Shown piece by piece: positions 22,999-35,555 of a DNA stretch of 64,000 nt (its first letter is position 1; each line of letters opens with the position of its first letter). Origin of the DNA: Minutocellus sp. GHC0000111 (Eukaryota); the NCBI GenBank assembly GCA_977018835.1, contig OZ361258.1, positions 3,224,001 through 3,288,000 of the forward strand, in the 5' to 3' direction. The notes under the pieces were generated by a model. It made no database searches. It had not been told where the DNA came from and worked only from the letters and a program-made list of their open reading frames with translations. The position numbers and the translations under genes are program-made.

Positions 22999-23689
22999 TT
23001 AGGTATTGATCGATGTGCGAAAATTTACGAAATTCAGATATTCAATGAACGATAAATCAAAGATGCAGGTGAGATGCTCTGGGGACGGCGAGAGCGGGTT
23101 GGCAATAATCAATATCTGGCGGGTGCCCAGTTACTTCCTGGCTCCAAAATGAACACATCTCGTGCCAGTTTTTTTTGGGCTGTCTTTGACTAACGACGGA
23201 AAGACCATCATGGTCACTCATCGAGTCGAATAAGTCAAATATAGAGTGGCGATTAAGATATGCAGGCAAATCTGGCTAAAACGAGCCTGCCAGGCAAAAA
23301 AGCGGCAAGGGCATCATCTCATCGGGAAGTTTTTCAAGCATCGGAGGGTTCCCGCCGCAGGGGTGTTCAGTGCTTCAACATGAGCTCCCTCGATGCTTAG
23401 AGCAGCGTAGAGCTTGACGTTTTGAACCTATTTTGGTCGATCTTTGCGCGCATTTTATCATACACGTGCTGATCTGTTGGAGCACTCGCGCCTTCCTCCC
23501 TACTTTTGTTGGCTTGGCGGCATTTCCTTTCCCGCGAGAAAACGCCGACAAAAAGTCTGCTCATCAACTCCACTTTGACTCGATTGTGTGACCTGCACAA
23601 ATCTGATTAGTCATATTGAGGTTATATCCAACGAGAGATACCTGCCATCTTCCGACCAATCCGGTTCTCACAAATATCTTCGACGCAAG

Positions 23690-25415
23690 ATGGAGCAGCC
23701 ATCGTCTACTTCCAACGGAGAAACTTCTTTCGTTGAAGTGTCCGTCGTCGATAAGGCAACATCTCGCGACCCGGAAGCCGACGATGCCGATACCAAGATG
23801 GCATCGGCAAACAATTCCATAGCCGAAGATATGAGCATCTCGACTTTGTCGGTTGAATTGGGCGAGTCTGAGACAAAGCCACCACCGAATAATGTTGATG
23901 CTACTACGAGTGCTGATCAGCAGCAGGAGGAGACTTCTGTACCAGCTGCTGCCGCTGTCGACGAGACATCAGCCCGTCAAATAGATGGGCCGGCTGCTGA
24001 CCCATCACCCAACGATCATGAGGATAAAGTCGAAGCATCTGATAAGAAGGCATTATCCAATTCAGAACAAGCCAAGTCTTTGCCTACCTTTCCAGCGCTG
24101 CCTTCGGGTGGACCAGTGTCTGATACGAGGCAGGAACCTCAAAACTCTGCAAGTAGTCCTACTAAATCATCCGCCGATGATGTCGCAACTTCAACTTCAA
24201 CTGGTCAGCAGCAAAAGCTGGAAACACCGCCTTCTCCCTCGATTGCCATCGCCAAGAGGCCAAAGCCAGGCGGTGTCGCTTCATCTTCCAAGCTACGTGC
24301 TGCGAGCATGCCAAACAATCCCAACAGGGGCGATGACAGAAGTAATAGTACTACGACCTCCACAGCGGCGCCAGCAGCCAACGTCACTCCTCTGAGAAGA
24401 GGGAAGTGGACCAAGGAGGAAGAGGAATATGCCGCCATGGTCATACAAATGTTCAATGCGGGATATCTCCCTGCTCCGGCTGGAACGTGAGTCATTGTTT
24501 TGTTTTTTTTCTATAGTCTTTGTTATTGTTTCTGGTTATAATTATTATATGCTGTTCATTTTCATCCTCACATATAAATTTATTGACCCACTTATCTCCC
24601 GCCTCAGCACCCTTCGAGCTTATCTCTCCGATAAGTTGCACTGCGATCCGATGCGCATCACCAAGAAATTCACCGGAAGCTCGTGTATTGGGAAGCGAGT
24701 ATTCCACCCCGCAGTAAGATGTGCCGAGAACGCAGCTGCCATGGACAGTGCTCAGGATGAGCTGGTCGCCCTGGAGAAGAGCTGGCGAAAACGATTAAAG
24801 CTCAAAAAGAGTTCCAGCAGGAGATCATCGTCCAAGCGCGAACCGAAGGCTGCGACTAGCGCTGCAACGAGTGCTACATCTCTGCCATCTACTTCTACCT
24901 CTGCGACTGCCGGTACAGTAGGTCCCCACGCCGACCCCGCAACAACTACTAATCCTTCTACAACTGGCATTGTCTCGCCTCCAGCTGTATCACCTCCGAG
25001 CGAGGAGTGGTCAGCTGGTTCTTCGTCGTTGACTTGTGCTACTGGCGCTGGTACTCAACGAGGGGCTACTGGGACAACGTCCACAAATTCCTCTCCGCCG
25101 ATACCACAGCCATCAGCTGCTCACCATCATGGTGCCTCGTGGATCGATCGAGCCCATGCTCTACTGGCAAACGGCAGTGGGTCATCGAATAACGGCCCAT
25201 CTTCCGAAAATTCTTACGCACGGCGCAAGGTCTCGGATAGCAGCCATGTCAGCAACGAGGACGGCACTGGCAAGGAGCATCGGCAGACAGTATCATCATC
25301 CAATATCGCAGCCACAGTGACACCCTCCGAGGCGAAGGATGCCGAGGCATTGGTAGGTTTCCTCAATTCGGTCCGTGCCGAGGCTGCTTCTGGCAACGCT
25401 GGTTGCGGTCTGTGA
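23690..25415 (+). CDS. Putative transcription factor-like protein with conserved RRGKWT-EE-Y ... LHCDPMRITKKF domain
   Basis: Intron 24487..24607 (GTGAGT..CAG) joins ORFs 23588 and 24429 into RRGKWTKEEEEYAAMVIQMFNAGYLPAPAGTTLRAYLSDKLHCDPMRITKKFTG; remainder S/T/P-rich and disordered. Myb/SANT-like resemblance is inference. Confidence 0.75.
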
Positions 25416-25881
25416 GAATATATTGGAGATGACCAAAGCCTGGCGACGTTTTACTGAAATCAAAGTTCACCCATATTCTTCAAGCTACGAGAAAGAAAGG
25501 AAAGCCAACAAAGGATAAAAATTGCGTTGCTGTAAACATAAGCTAGCTGGAAATAGGGACTATATCAAGCATTGAATCCTTATTTACATGACAATTCATT
25601 TAGTTCGAGTTGTTATCGCTTCTAGGATGATGATATCCCAAGACCTCTAACGATATTGAGGAATCTGTCTACCATTGAGATCCCCTCGTGGGACTGTTGA
25701 TAGCCCGTCTAACATAAGGAATGCTTACCGCTTACCGCTCGAAAATGCGCGCTTACTCTGATCTCTGCTCCTCCAGCGCACCTCTCTCACGTCAGACGAC
25801 ACTGATTGATTTTGCCCGAATTCAGGCAAATCAATGTGCCCTGCACGACTGGCATCGATCGATTTTGCCAAAATTAATTCA

Positions 25882-26007
25882 GATAAAAATCTCAACCCCA
25901 GACACGCGCACGAGAAAACGTGTCATGGCCAGCAGAAGAATGAACAGAATGGATTTTGATAGCGCCCGATAAAAATCTCAACCCCAGACACGGCCGTGTC
26001 ATGGCCA
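25882..26007. repeat. Direct repeat pair, each copy containing a gacacg..cgtgtc hairpin
   Basis: gataaaaatctcaaccccagacacg..cgtgtcatggcca at 25882-25931 and 25968-26007. Confidence 0.8.
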
Positions 26008-26490
26008 AATGCTCGAAAATCGAGCATTAGTCCTGGCCATCTCTCGCAAACTCGGCTCAGTCATTTTGGACACGGATGCCATGCAACCTCCTCTTTTCTT
26101 CATCAACATCTCTTGGGGGGCGGCCGCGCGCTTTTTGCGCCGACTGCCCTTTCGAGGCAATGTTTCCATATGACGTCGAAAGAGCCTCGACAATGCACAA
26201 AAAGAGCCTTGTCGCCTCATTTTTACGCCCAGGCCAGCTGGCAGCCCTCGCCTCACTTTGGCTGTTGTTTGGCGGTTGTTGGGCGCTGGCTGGCAGGCAG
26301 CAAAGGCGACATCGACTTCTGGATACTATCGGCTGGCTGCCCAATCCCCAATCTGCTAGCTAATCCCATTCGCGGGGTCAGTTTTCGACGCGTGAGTATT
26401 CATCAATCAAGTTTTCTACGTAATTTTTCTCAACATTCCCGCTGCTATAGCTGCGCTGGCACTGCCTCCCTTTGCTTTGCTTTGGCCTTG

Positions 26491-29400
26491 ATGAGCACCG
26501 CCACCACCGACAGTACGGACGAGTCCATTGCCATCCCCGCTTCTTCCTCTGCCTCGATATCTGCAACTTTGCCCGGCAGTAGTAATCCTGGGTTACCGGG
26601 CGGCTCGTACCGGGACGACGACAACGACAAGAAGAAAGCCGGAGGCGGCGGCGGGACCGACGACAAGAGCGGCTCCGACCAGGGAGAGGAAGGAGACAGC
26701 GGCAGTTTCGTTGGGTCGGACTTTGAACCCCTGAGGAGGTTTCGAGACGACGATCAGAAGGACGACCAAAACGACGACAATCTCGATATTAATTTTAATC
26801 TCGACGGCCCGCAGTTCGAGCCCCTTCCCCCGCTCCATTACGAATACGGCCACGACGCCGAGAACAATCAGCAGCTGCAGCTGCAGCTGCAAGAAGACGC
26901 CGACGCCACGGAGGACCTCGACCCGACCTTGCTCACGCTGCTGGCTCGGCTGGGACAGGACGACGACGACGACGATCAAGTAGACGGCGACGACGACAAT
27001 ACAGGCAATAGCAACAATAATCTGGACGCCTTGGCCGGTGACTATCGCGAACCAACTTCTGGAATTGCCAACTTGGACGACGAGGACGAGGACGACCTGC
27101 TGCTCCTCGATTACAACTACAACCACGGCGGACTGGACGATCCGGCGTTTCGGGAGGCGCTGGAGACGGGGGCGGCGCTGACGGCCGTCTTTGACGACGA
27201 CCACGAGGAGGGAGGAGGATCTACTCCCACCGCATCAGCGTCGGCATCGGCATCGGCATCCGACGAGGCTTCGGTTGAAAACAAAGACGTGGGAGGGAAC
27301 TTGGACTTGGCGGAATTTGGCGGTCTGACTCTGGGCACAGACGAGCCAGCAACAGCTACAGCAGTAGGAGGCGAAGAGATTGAAACCGTGTTTGAACCCG
27401 CAGAAGAAGAAGGGAGCAGCAGCGACGCGGCAGCATTTGTGCAAGAGTTCAACCCGTACCTAGGTACCTGCCGGCGTTCTGCCTGCCTTGCTCTGATCAA
27501 CCGTTTCTCCAGCTTCCGCAGCAGTCAAAGTCAGAGTCTGAGTCTGGGCAGCCATCTTCCGGAAACAACAATACTGGCACTGCCCCCAGCGGTACTACCA
27601 ATACCAGCAGCGAAGAAGAATCGCCGACCATCTTTGCCTTGTCGCCCGAGGAGGAGGCCGAGGAGGAACGCAAGCTCCGAGAAAAGCGCAACGCCCTCCT
27701 TCAGCTGAGTGCGCTCGGCCGGCGGAAGTTGGGGAGCATTGCCGAAGAAGGAGGTGGACAACAACAACAACGACAACAGCAACAAAAGGGCGGCCTGCCT
27801 GTATTGTCCGAAGAAGACGGCGTAGCTGGTGGTAGTGAACAGCAGCCACAGCCGATATCGCGTCTGTCGTACGATCTGGATACCGTCGACATTGACTCGG
27901 TGACGGCGCCAGAAGAATTACTGGGTCTAGACGTGGTCAACATCGCTGGTGTCGAGGGTGCCACCATCGATTGGGACGGTACCACCACCACCGACGCCAG
28001 CGGGGATCCGGCCATTACGCTGCCGCCGGGGTTCCAGGACAATTTTGAGGCGGCTGTGATGCAGCATCTCATGGGAGAAATGGAGACCGCCACCAATACC
28101 ATTTTGGAAGGAGAAGGGGAAGAAGAAAGCGGACCGGTCGAAATGGCAACTAATGAAACTTCTGCACCGATTGCGGCTTGCAGCAACCACGACATGAATG
28201 GAGCCACCGAAGCCGCATCACTTCTCGTTGAGGCATTTGGTTCTGCCGAGGGTGCGGCCGAGTCGCCCAAGAACGAACGGCAAATGATTGGTCACAAGGG
28301 CAAGATATTTTGCATGGCCTTTTCTCCCTGTGGATCCTACCTCGTTTCGGCGTCGGAAGACAGCACGGCTGCCATTTGGGACGCCAAGACCCATCGGCGT
28401 CTCCATACTCTTACCGAGCACAGCAAGAATCATGAGCTGTTGCGTGTTGCCTGGTCCTCCCCGAAGTGGAAATCAGAATGTTTGGGAGACGACAAGACGA
28501 GCAGTACAAACGAATCCCCCATCCTGGGGACTGCCGGCGCCGATGGCCTTGTGAAATTGTGGGAAATGCAGTCCGATGCGGCAACTGGATCTACGAAATG
28601 GAACTGCATTGCGCAAAAGAATCATTCTCCAGACTCGGCAACCGACGAAAAGAAGAAAGAAGGAACCACTGGTGATGAAGAAGGCAAAGTGAATGCCGAT
28701 GAGGAGGCAGAAGACGAAGAAGATGATGCACCGCAGATATACGCATTGCAATTCATTGATGATTGGGCCGGCCATCCCGTTCTACTCACCAGCAGTGATG
28801 ATTTCGTCAATATTTGGACGCTTGACAAGCAAGAGCACGTATATGGAGATACCTACCAGCTCACCAAGGCCATGACTCTGCGCTTTTCACACGTTCAGCA
28901 TGTCAATGGCGGCGTGTCATTTCAAGTTGGGGACAACCCATGGGTCGTTGGAACCTCTGGCGATGCCGGTGCCGCCGCCGCATCAGATGATGCTCAAGCA
29001 TTTGGTGGTCATCGGAATCCAGATAATTTGGTCTATGTCTTTGATGCCTCGCACTGTGAAGCGAATGGTCTGCTGGGTGTGGCCCTCGCCGATGGTACTC
29101 TACGATTGGTCAATCCTCGGGGAATCTGTCTGTCGGTTCTATCGCTTCCGGGATGCGAGTCGCATCTAACATCATTTTCTTGGGACTCCACCGGCACACG
29201 GCTCGCATCCTGCGTCGGCACAGGCCACATTGTTCTGTGGCATGTGGAATCCTCAAAGGGGAGTATTCATATCCGTGTCAATTGCACGTGCGTTCTTGGC
29301 GGCGGCCATGCTCCTGGTAGACCAATCTTTGGCGTCAAGAACTTTGCTGGCCCAAACGAGTATCTACTGTTATCATGGGGCGTCGACGGAAAGGTTTGCG

Positions 29401-29618
29401 TTTGGGATCGGTCATCTGTGGGTGAAATTCATGAACCGATCACAACTCTTGTTGCGAAGGCCGATTATCCCATTTATGCCTGCGACGTTACCGAGAACAC
29501 TGAGGAAGGGCTAGTCAGTAGAATTGCCATTGGTGGTGGCAACGAAGGTTCCTTCTTTGGCGTCCCTGCTTTCATCTATGACGTCTATGATTTGAAGGCA
29601 GGGTGCAAACAATGCTGA
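26491..29618 (+). CDS. WD40-repeat protein with long acidic N-terminus, interrupted by an 8-bp insertion at 27457-27466
   Basis: WD repeats (GHKGKIFCMAFSPCGSYLVSASEDSTAAIWD; GADGLVKLWE; GVDGKVCVWD). Removing 8 bp from TACCTAGGTA fuses ORF 25996 (from ATG 26491) to the frame of ORF 27639 with no intervening stop. Confidence 0.8.
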
Positions 29619-29694
29619 GAAGTAAAGTAATTTTGCGCCTATTAGCAACGTAGTTTCCCCATTTACACCTATTAAAGAGAGAGAAGAGCTCCGC

Positions 29695-30921
29695 TCATCG
29701 TGCACCACCCTTCTCTTTTCTCTGCTCCGTTCCAACACTTTCTCCATCAGCATTTTCATCGGACGACTTTTCTTCCTCCTCGCTTTCATCTGCATCTACT
29801 AGTGACTGGCCCTTGGCATCGGCATTTTCATCGCTTTCATCTTTGTCGGGTGTTTCTTCTGTTTCTTCGTCGTCGCTCTCTCCTTTCTCATTTGCTTGTT
29901 TCTCATCGCTTTTATCGATCGCGTCTACCTCTTCGTTGTCGTCGGCATTGCCTTTCGTCACCTTGCTCGAGACAGGGGCGTTTATTTCTTTTTTAGATAT
30001 TGTGCCCTTTTCTGCACTGGATGCTGCATCTGCATTCTGATTGTCTTTCGCCGCTGCTGATTCGTTGTCTTCTGTGTCCTCATCCTTTTCATCGGCGACA
30101 GTATTTTTGTTTTCGGAGTCATCCTCATGATCCCCGACAGTAGTATCCTCAGCTTCTGGTGAGACGTCTGGTAGTTTTACCGCCGACGCGGACTCTCCTT
30201 CTTTCGCTACAACTTGATCGATTCCATCAATACTCGTACTAGTACTGGTAGCATTCAGCGCAGAAGCCACGGTAGCATTGCTAAACTCGCCATTTTTGGT
30301 AATGTGATATGCCGCGGGATGTTTTCCCCCCGAACCCGACGAGTGATGCTGGTATCTGCTGTGCACCTCCTCACTCATGAACAATTGGCGGAATAAAACC
30401 CAGAGACCAAAGGCTAGGGGTGCCAAAAAGAAGCCAATCAGTATCAGAACAATCATGTTCTTGGGAATCTCCACGTTGTAACTCTTTCCGCTGGCATCAC
30501 CCCGATCTCTCCGTCCAAAGGCAATGTTGTCGCCGCGTGAGTGCAGCTTGAGGCGGGTGGTGATGTTGTCCATCATTTTCTTCATCTTGATGTGCCGGGA
30601 GGACATTTTCATTAATTTGGGTGCCTTGGGTGCACCTACACCGCCGACACCGCCAGCTCCAGTACCTGACAAATCGCCCATACCGACGCGTTCTGGACTG
30701 CTCGCCTGAGCAGCTGGGTGATGGTCCGACATTCCGTCATTTGCCAGTAGCGAATGTCGTTCTTGCGCAGTGGCTACCGACGATCGCTGTCCGACTCCAC
30801 CCGTGGAAGAAGGTGCAAAGGCATTGTCGACCGCGGCCGACGCCACCGTCACTGATCGCTGCATGCTCTTGAGCATGGACGGCATGGCCTGCTGCTTCGA
30901 CTTGGGCTTTGGCGGTGCCAT
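29695..30921 (-). CDS. Single-pass membrane protein with acidic low-complexity C-terminus
   Basis: 408-aa ORF, one hydrophobic segment (MIVLILIGFFLAPLAFGLWVLF), D/E/K-rich tail. Confidence 0.7.
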   Translation of the reverse strand: MAPPKPKSKQQAMPSMLKSMQRSVTVASAAVDNAFAPSSTGGVGQRSSVATAQERHSLLANDGMSDHHPAAQASSPERVGMGDLSGTGAGGVGGVGAPKAPKLMKMSSRHIKMKKMMDNITTRLKLHSRGDNIAFGRRDRGDASGKSYNVEIPKNMIVLILIGFFLAPLAFGLWVLFRQLFMSEEVHSRYQHHSSGSGGKHPAAYHITKNGEFSNATVASALNATSTSTSIDGIDQVVAKEGESASAVKLPDVSPEAEDTTVGDHEDDSENKNTVADEKDEDTEDNESAAAKDNQNADAASSAEKGTISKKEINAPVSSKVTKGNADDNEEVDAIDKSDEKQANEKGESDDEETEETPDKDESDENADAKGQSLVDADESEEEEKSSDENADGESVGTEQRKEKGGAR

Positions 30922-31372
30922 GATGATTTGGTGTATTTTATTGAATTTGCAGGTCAGTTACGTTAACCGTCTGACGCTTCTCTGGATCGTTCGTTCGTGC
31001 CGCACGAAATAAATAATTCAAATGGAAAAGAAAAGAGATACAAATAGCAGCGAGAATGCTATGTATGGATATGTCAACAACGATGCGTTGGCTTCGGTTA
31101 TTATTGCAGCCGCTGTTCAATCAATTGAGTGGTTGAGGTCTTACTAGAAGTAGCTCAGGCGAAACAATCATCGTGCTTGGCCTTGTTTTTTAATGCGAAA
31201 AGGGGGGCATAATTGTTTTCTCCCCGTTTAAGGAGCGCCAGCAGGCAAGCAGAAGGCTAAGGAAACATGAAATGCAATGCACAAAATGCAAGGTATCGGA
31301 GGCAGCGATGCATTGGATGCTTGTAAGGAATTGGTTCCCTGCGAAGCAAGAAACCAGTATTGTTGAAATGAT

Positions 31373-32368
31373 ATGACGGCTAGACACTCATCAAATCACG
31401 GAGGAGACGCAGGAGCAGCGCCGCCCATCTCTCCTCGTGGCTTGATACTGATATGCATTGTGTGGGTCCTCATCTCGCAACAGTATCGGCTCATGGTGTT
31501 CTTGAATGACAAGGCCGATTACTTGTCTGCCATCGCTTCCGCCAGTGATTACGCGTCGTTTATGACCTTATACAGTGGCGGCAATGATAGAAGTGCAGCA
31601 GGAGGCGCAGCAGGAGTGTGTGGAGATAGGCGGCCAACCAATCACTCCGTCGCATTCCTGACGGTAACAGGCGACCGACCCAATGGTACCTTCTATTTTG
31701 GGATGACCTTGAGAGCATTGCAAAATGCGCATGTTCCATCCAGCGCTATTCTGGTAAACAATTACAGCGGAAAGAACAACACCAAGCTATACGAACACTT
31801 GGACGAAACTAATCACACCTACGTGCCACGGATAATCACACGACCATCGCATCGACCCAAACCAATGCGTCCGGCATTTGAATTCGACTTTGCCGAAATG
31901 AGGCATGACATGATCAAAACTGCGGGGACCGATGCTCCTCATCGACAACGGTGGAGAATTAACCAAGTCCAAGACTTCTTGTGGGTTATGAGACAGGGTT
32001 TGATCACATTCCCCGAGACGGAATGGTTTGTGTTCATTGAAGATGATGCTGTATGCAAAAAGAATGACATAGATTTAACGACCATGCTGTTGAACTACGA
32101 CCCACCCAAGAGGGGAAAGAGATCCAAAGCCTTTGTGCGTCTGAATGAAGGCCATGGGATGGTGGCACAAATGTTTCATCGCGAGTTTTTAGAAGGATTT
32201 GTTGGGTACTCATCCACTCGCTTCCATTTGGTACCAGTGGATTGGCTTCTGATTCTTTTCTTGGAACATATGGGTCTGAAGTACGAAACGGCTGGAGTCA
32301 TCAAGATATTTCAGCACAAGGGTGAGCAGAGTAGCTTTGCCGACAACGATGCCCGCAAGGTTGACTAG
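31373..32368 (+). CDS. Type II membrane glycosyltransferase, MGAT4/GT54-like
   Basis: N-terminal TM anchor; FVFIEDDA acidic (DxD-like) motif; PVDWLL; FQHKGEQSS resembles the MGAT4 FQHxGxxSS motif. Confidence 0.7.
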   Translation: MTARHSSNHGGDAGAAPPISPRGLILICIVWVLISQQYRLMVFLNDKADYLSAIASASDYASFMTLYSGGNDRSAAGGAAGVCGDRRPTNHSVAFLTVTGDRPNGTFYFGMTLRALQNAHVPSSAILVNNYSGKNNTKLYEHLDETNHTYVPRIITRPSHRPKPMRPAFEFDFAEMRHDMIKTAGTDAPHRQRWRINQVQDFLWVMRQGLITFPETEWFVFIEDDAVCKKNDIDLTTMLLNYDPPKRGKRSKAFVRLNEGHGMVAQMFHREFLEGFVGYSSTRFHLVPVDWLLILFLEHMGLKYETAGVIKIFQHKGEQSSFADNDARKVD

Positions 32369-32696
32369 AGGCGCTGGCGAGCAAGGAGAATACGTTATCG
32401 ATAACGAGAAGATCGCATGCATGTATGTATTTTGATAAATCTCACTTGTAGATGGGGGAAACTACACAAGCGATAAGTCCAGCTACGTAGCTACAGTAGT
32501 AGATCTACCGGTAACACATAACTCCAGTTACAAATCGATTTCGTTTTTTATTAAGAACATATATATGCTTTATGAGATCTCTGATCGGAACGGAAAGGTT
32601 GCAATACAATTGCACCCTCGGCCCATATCAGTCTGTTATTTTGGTTTCTTTTTCACAATATTTGGGCAACGGTACCATGGTACGGTGCACATCAAT

Positions 32697-35555
32697 TCAT
32701 TTACGAGTAGAAGGGCTCTCCGAAATCAGCATCGGAATTGGCCCATGCATCGTCGTCGACTTCTTGGCGCTGCTGCTGCCGTGGGCAAAGGTCCCGCTGT
32801 TGGGTGCCGGCCTCGTCTTGGGCGGGGTGAGAGACGCACGGGCATCTCCAATGGTCTTTCTGGAACCTGTGACCTGCGGCGACGTTCGGCGCAGGTAGGC
32901 GTTCTGGTACATCTGGTCGTTGGTGTAGCCGGCCGTGGGACGGACCTCCTTCTCGATCTTGACGCCCTTGCCGCCCATCCAATCGTTGAGGGCCTTGGCA
33001 CGGTCGCGGATGGACGGAAGGGAATCGGCCGCCTCGAACGTGTCGGGTGCGCCAAAGACGATGGACGAGCCATTGGCGGCGCCAGCGGCAGAAGAGGCGG
33101 CTCGGGGGGAGCCATCGGCGTACTCCCGGTGACGAAGCTGGACAGATGGCGCGGCCGTGCCGGACGAACGGCCGGGCTTGGGCGACACCGATCGAGGACG
33201 GGGCAGGCCAGGATGAGATGATGGCGGTGGGGGAGACGCCGAACCCAGCCGCATGGAGGTCTTGACTCGGTTGGCGACGCTGCGCATGACCTCGTCGTCG
33301 GGTTGGGCCGGATGCGACGAGGAGCTGCCGCGGCTTCGACCCGCACCGGGTGCCGAATGGACGCTGTTGCCAGACGAGGTAGCCGACGGCGGTGGCATGG
33401 GAGCAGTACCGGCCGCCCTCATGGCAGCCGCCATGCGCCGATCGGCAATGACCGAGGCCGGGGTGGCATCGATGCCACTGGGCTTGTCCAGATACGACAT
33501 GGTGTAATCGGGTCCGACGCCGGATCCGGGCACAAAGCCCTGACCACCGACGCCCTGCTTCTGTCCGTTGGGCAGCATCCACGTGCCACGGTACTGAGCC
33601 GCCGATTGCGGCAGTTCCTCCCCGTCGGCACGGTACACGTGGGAGGGCAGAGATGGATTCGCCGGAAAGCCACCCTCGGTGAAGTTGGTAACGCCGGAAA
33701 TCATACTGGAGGGACTGGTGTTGGCGGCATCGCCGTCCTCTCCACTTCCGACGTTGCTGAGATTGTTGGTCGATATGCTGCGGGGGACCCCGCCGACGCT
33801 CTGGCTGGAGCCCATGACGCTCCGATCGTGCGGGCGGGGAATGCCACTGGCGGTGGGGCTGGCAAAGTGGTCGTCCAGCCGAGTTCCGGTAGTGCCAGTA
33901 GAAGGTCGTAGAGCCCCCTTGCCACTCCCACCGCTGCCACGAAGGAGCTTCTCGCGCAACTTCTTCTGCGATTCGCTGAGCACCACCATGTGCTCTGCCC
34001 CCTCCCTCGGTCCGTGGGGATGACGGGGCGGAGTCCGATCGGTGGGTCCATAATCGTCATTGTTGTTGCCGTTGCCGCCATTTCCTCTTCCATCCCGGGC
34101 ATTGGCCGCCGCGGCCGCCTCGTCGGGGAACATGTGCTCACCACCATGCTGATACTGACCAGGATGATGCTCTGCACCATACTCGTCGTCGTCATCATCC
34201 TCCAGCTGACTAATGTCTCTGGGATCGAGTCCAAAGGCAATGTCTTCGGCCGTTATACCATTGACACCGCCAGCAGTAGTCCCATTCTGCACCACCTGCT
34301 TCATCTCGCGACTGCCATAACTTTCTCGGCTGACATTGTTGTTGTTATCTCTACCATTCTGACCATTTCCATTCTCGTCCTCGTCGTCAAAGGTACTGGC
34401 CTCACTTAGCGTCACGACAATCTCACGGAATTCTCCGGCGATGCAGTTGGAATCCACGGCCAATTGGCCAATGTGTTTGGAGCCTGCTGAAGCGACAGAG
34501 TTGCCAGCCACGGAATTGTTGCTGCTGGAAGGCATACCTCGGTGGATGCTCTGGCTGTTGGGTGTGCCGTGAGCATTGGCTGCATTGAAGTGACTCTGGA
34601 GCGATTTCTTCTTCTTGGCCGAACTGAGCAGACTGGCATTGGCGTTGGGGGTAGCATTGGCATTATTGTTGGCAGTATCGTTGGGCTTGGGCGGGAGAGG
34701 GCTGCGGTAGGCCGGGGGTCGTCCAGCAGTAGTATTGGTAGGAGCTGGGCTCTTGGCTGGTGTCGCAGTAGAACTAGCAGCAGCCGAACTTGAATTATTT
34801 GCCATAGTAGCCGAAGCTGCATTAGCTGCATGAGCATGACCAAATCCACTGGTAACGAACCCATCGTCGTCGACCGTCAGGTCCAAGAAGGGATCGTTGG
34901 TGGTGTTCTGCTGCACCCTTGGTGTGCTGCTGTTGCTGTTATTGTTATTGCCATTGTTATTGCCGGTATTGCTGGTATTTGCAAAGCTGGCGGCCGACGG
35001 CGAAACAAACGGATCGATATTGTTATTATTGGATGTGCCGATCGTGGTGCCATTCGCACTACCGCTGCCACCAGCACCAGAAGCAGATGCAGCTGCGGCC
35101 TTCTCGTCGGTGGGAAAGCCAAAGCTGTCGAACGCCGTGCCAGTGGGGGTGAATCCGCCATTGGAGGGAGTTTCCGGCGGAGGAGTTTCGTCCAGATCGA
35201 CGGGAGTCAACGTCCGCCGAGGATCGGGACGGCCGCTGTAGGGAGTTGTCATCGTTAGGGCGAGGGTCGAAGTTGAAGTTGGTGCTGGAGCAGCCGAAAC
35301 AGAAGCCGCAGAAGGCTGCACCGCCGACGGAGTCATTGTTGTTGCTGCTGCTGCTGCTGCGACAGAATTAGAGGCACCACCAGCAGAGGGACCAACAGCA
35401 GCGGCAGGAGACGGCTCGACGGTGTCGTCCAGTCGTGAGAACGACGAGGGCGTCTTGGCCGGACGTCGCAGCGGCGAGGCCGATCGCAAGGGTGAGAGGA
35501 GGCTGCCCTTGCCGCCACGAGGAGTTCGACGGACGCTGCGGGATACTGATGGCAT
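32697..35555 (-). CDS. Large intrinsically disordered S/A/N/P-rich protein, unknown function
   Basis: Uninterrupted ~950-aa frame from ATG 35555 (MPSVSRSVRR), coding-like codon usage, DPF motifs. Confidence 0.7.
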   Translation of the reverse strand: MPSVSRSVRRTPRGGKGSLLSPLRSASPLRRPAKTPSSFSRLDDTVEPSPAAAVGPSAGGASNSVAAAAAATTMTPSAVQPSAASVSAAPAPTSTSTLALTMTTPYSGRPDPRRTLTPVDLDETPPPETPSNGGFTPTGTAFDSFGFPTDEKAAAASASGAGGSGSANGTTIGTSNNNNIDPFVSPSAASFANTSNTGNNNGNNNNSNSSTPRVQQNTTNDPFLDLTVDDDGFVTSGFGHAHAANAASATMANNSSSAAASSTATPAKSPAPTNTTAGRPPAYRSPLPPKPNDTANNNANATPNANASLLSSAKKKKSLQSHFNAANAHGTPNSQSIHRGMPSSSNNSVAGNSVASAGSKHIGQLAVDSNCIAGEFREIVVTLSEASTFDDEDENGNGQNGRDNNNNVSRESYGSREMKQVVQNGTTAGGVNGITAEDIAFGLDPRDISQLEDDDDDEYGAEHHPGQYQHGGEHMFPDEAAAAANARDGRGNGGNGNNNDDYGPTDRTPPRHPHGPREGAEHMVVLSESQKKLREKLLRGSGGSGKGALRPSTGTTGTRLDDHFASPTASGIPRPHDRSVMGSSQSVGGVPRSISTNNLSNVGSGEDGDAANTSPSSMISGVTNFTEGGFPANPSLPSHVYRADGEELPQSAAQYRGTWMLPNGQKQGVGGQGFVPGSGVGPDYTMSYLDKPSGIDATPASVIADRRMAAAMRAAGTAPMPPPSATSSGNSVHSAPGAGRSRGSSSSHPAQPDDEVMRSVANRVKTSMRLGSASPPPPSSHPGLPRPRSVSPKPGRSSGTAAPSVQLRHREYADGSPRAASSAAGAANGSSIVFGAPDTFEAADSLPSIRDRAKALNDWMGGKGVKIEKEVRPTAGYTNDQMYQNAYLRRTSPQVTGSRKTIGDARASLTPPKTRPAPNSGTFAHGSSSAKKSTTMHGPIPMLISESPSTRK

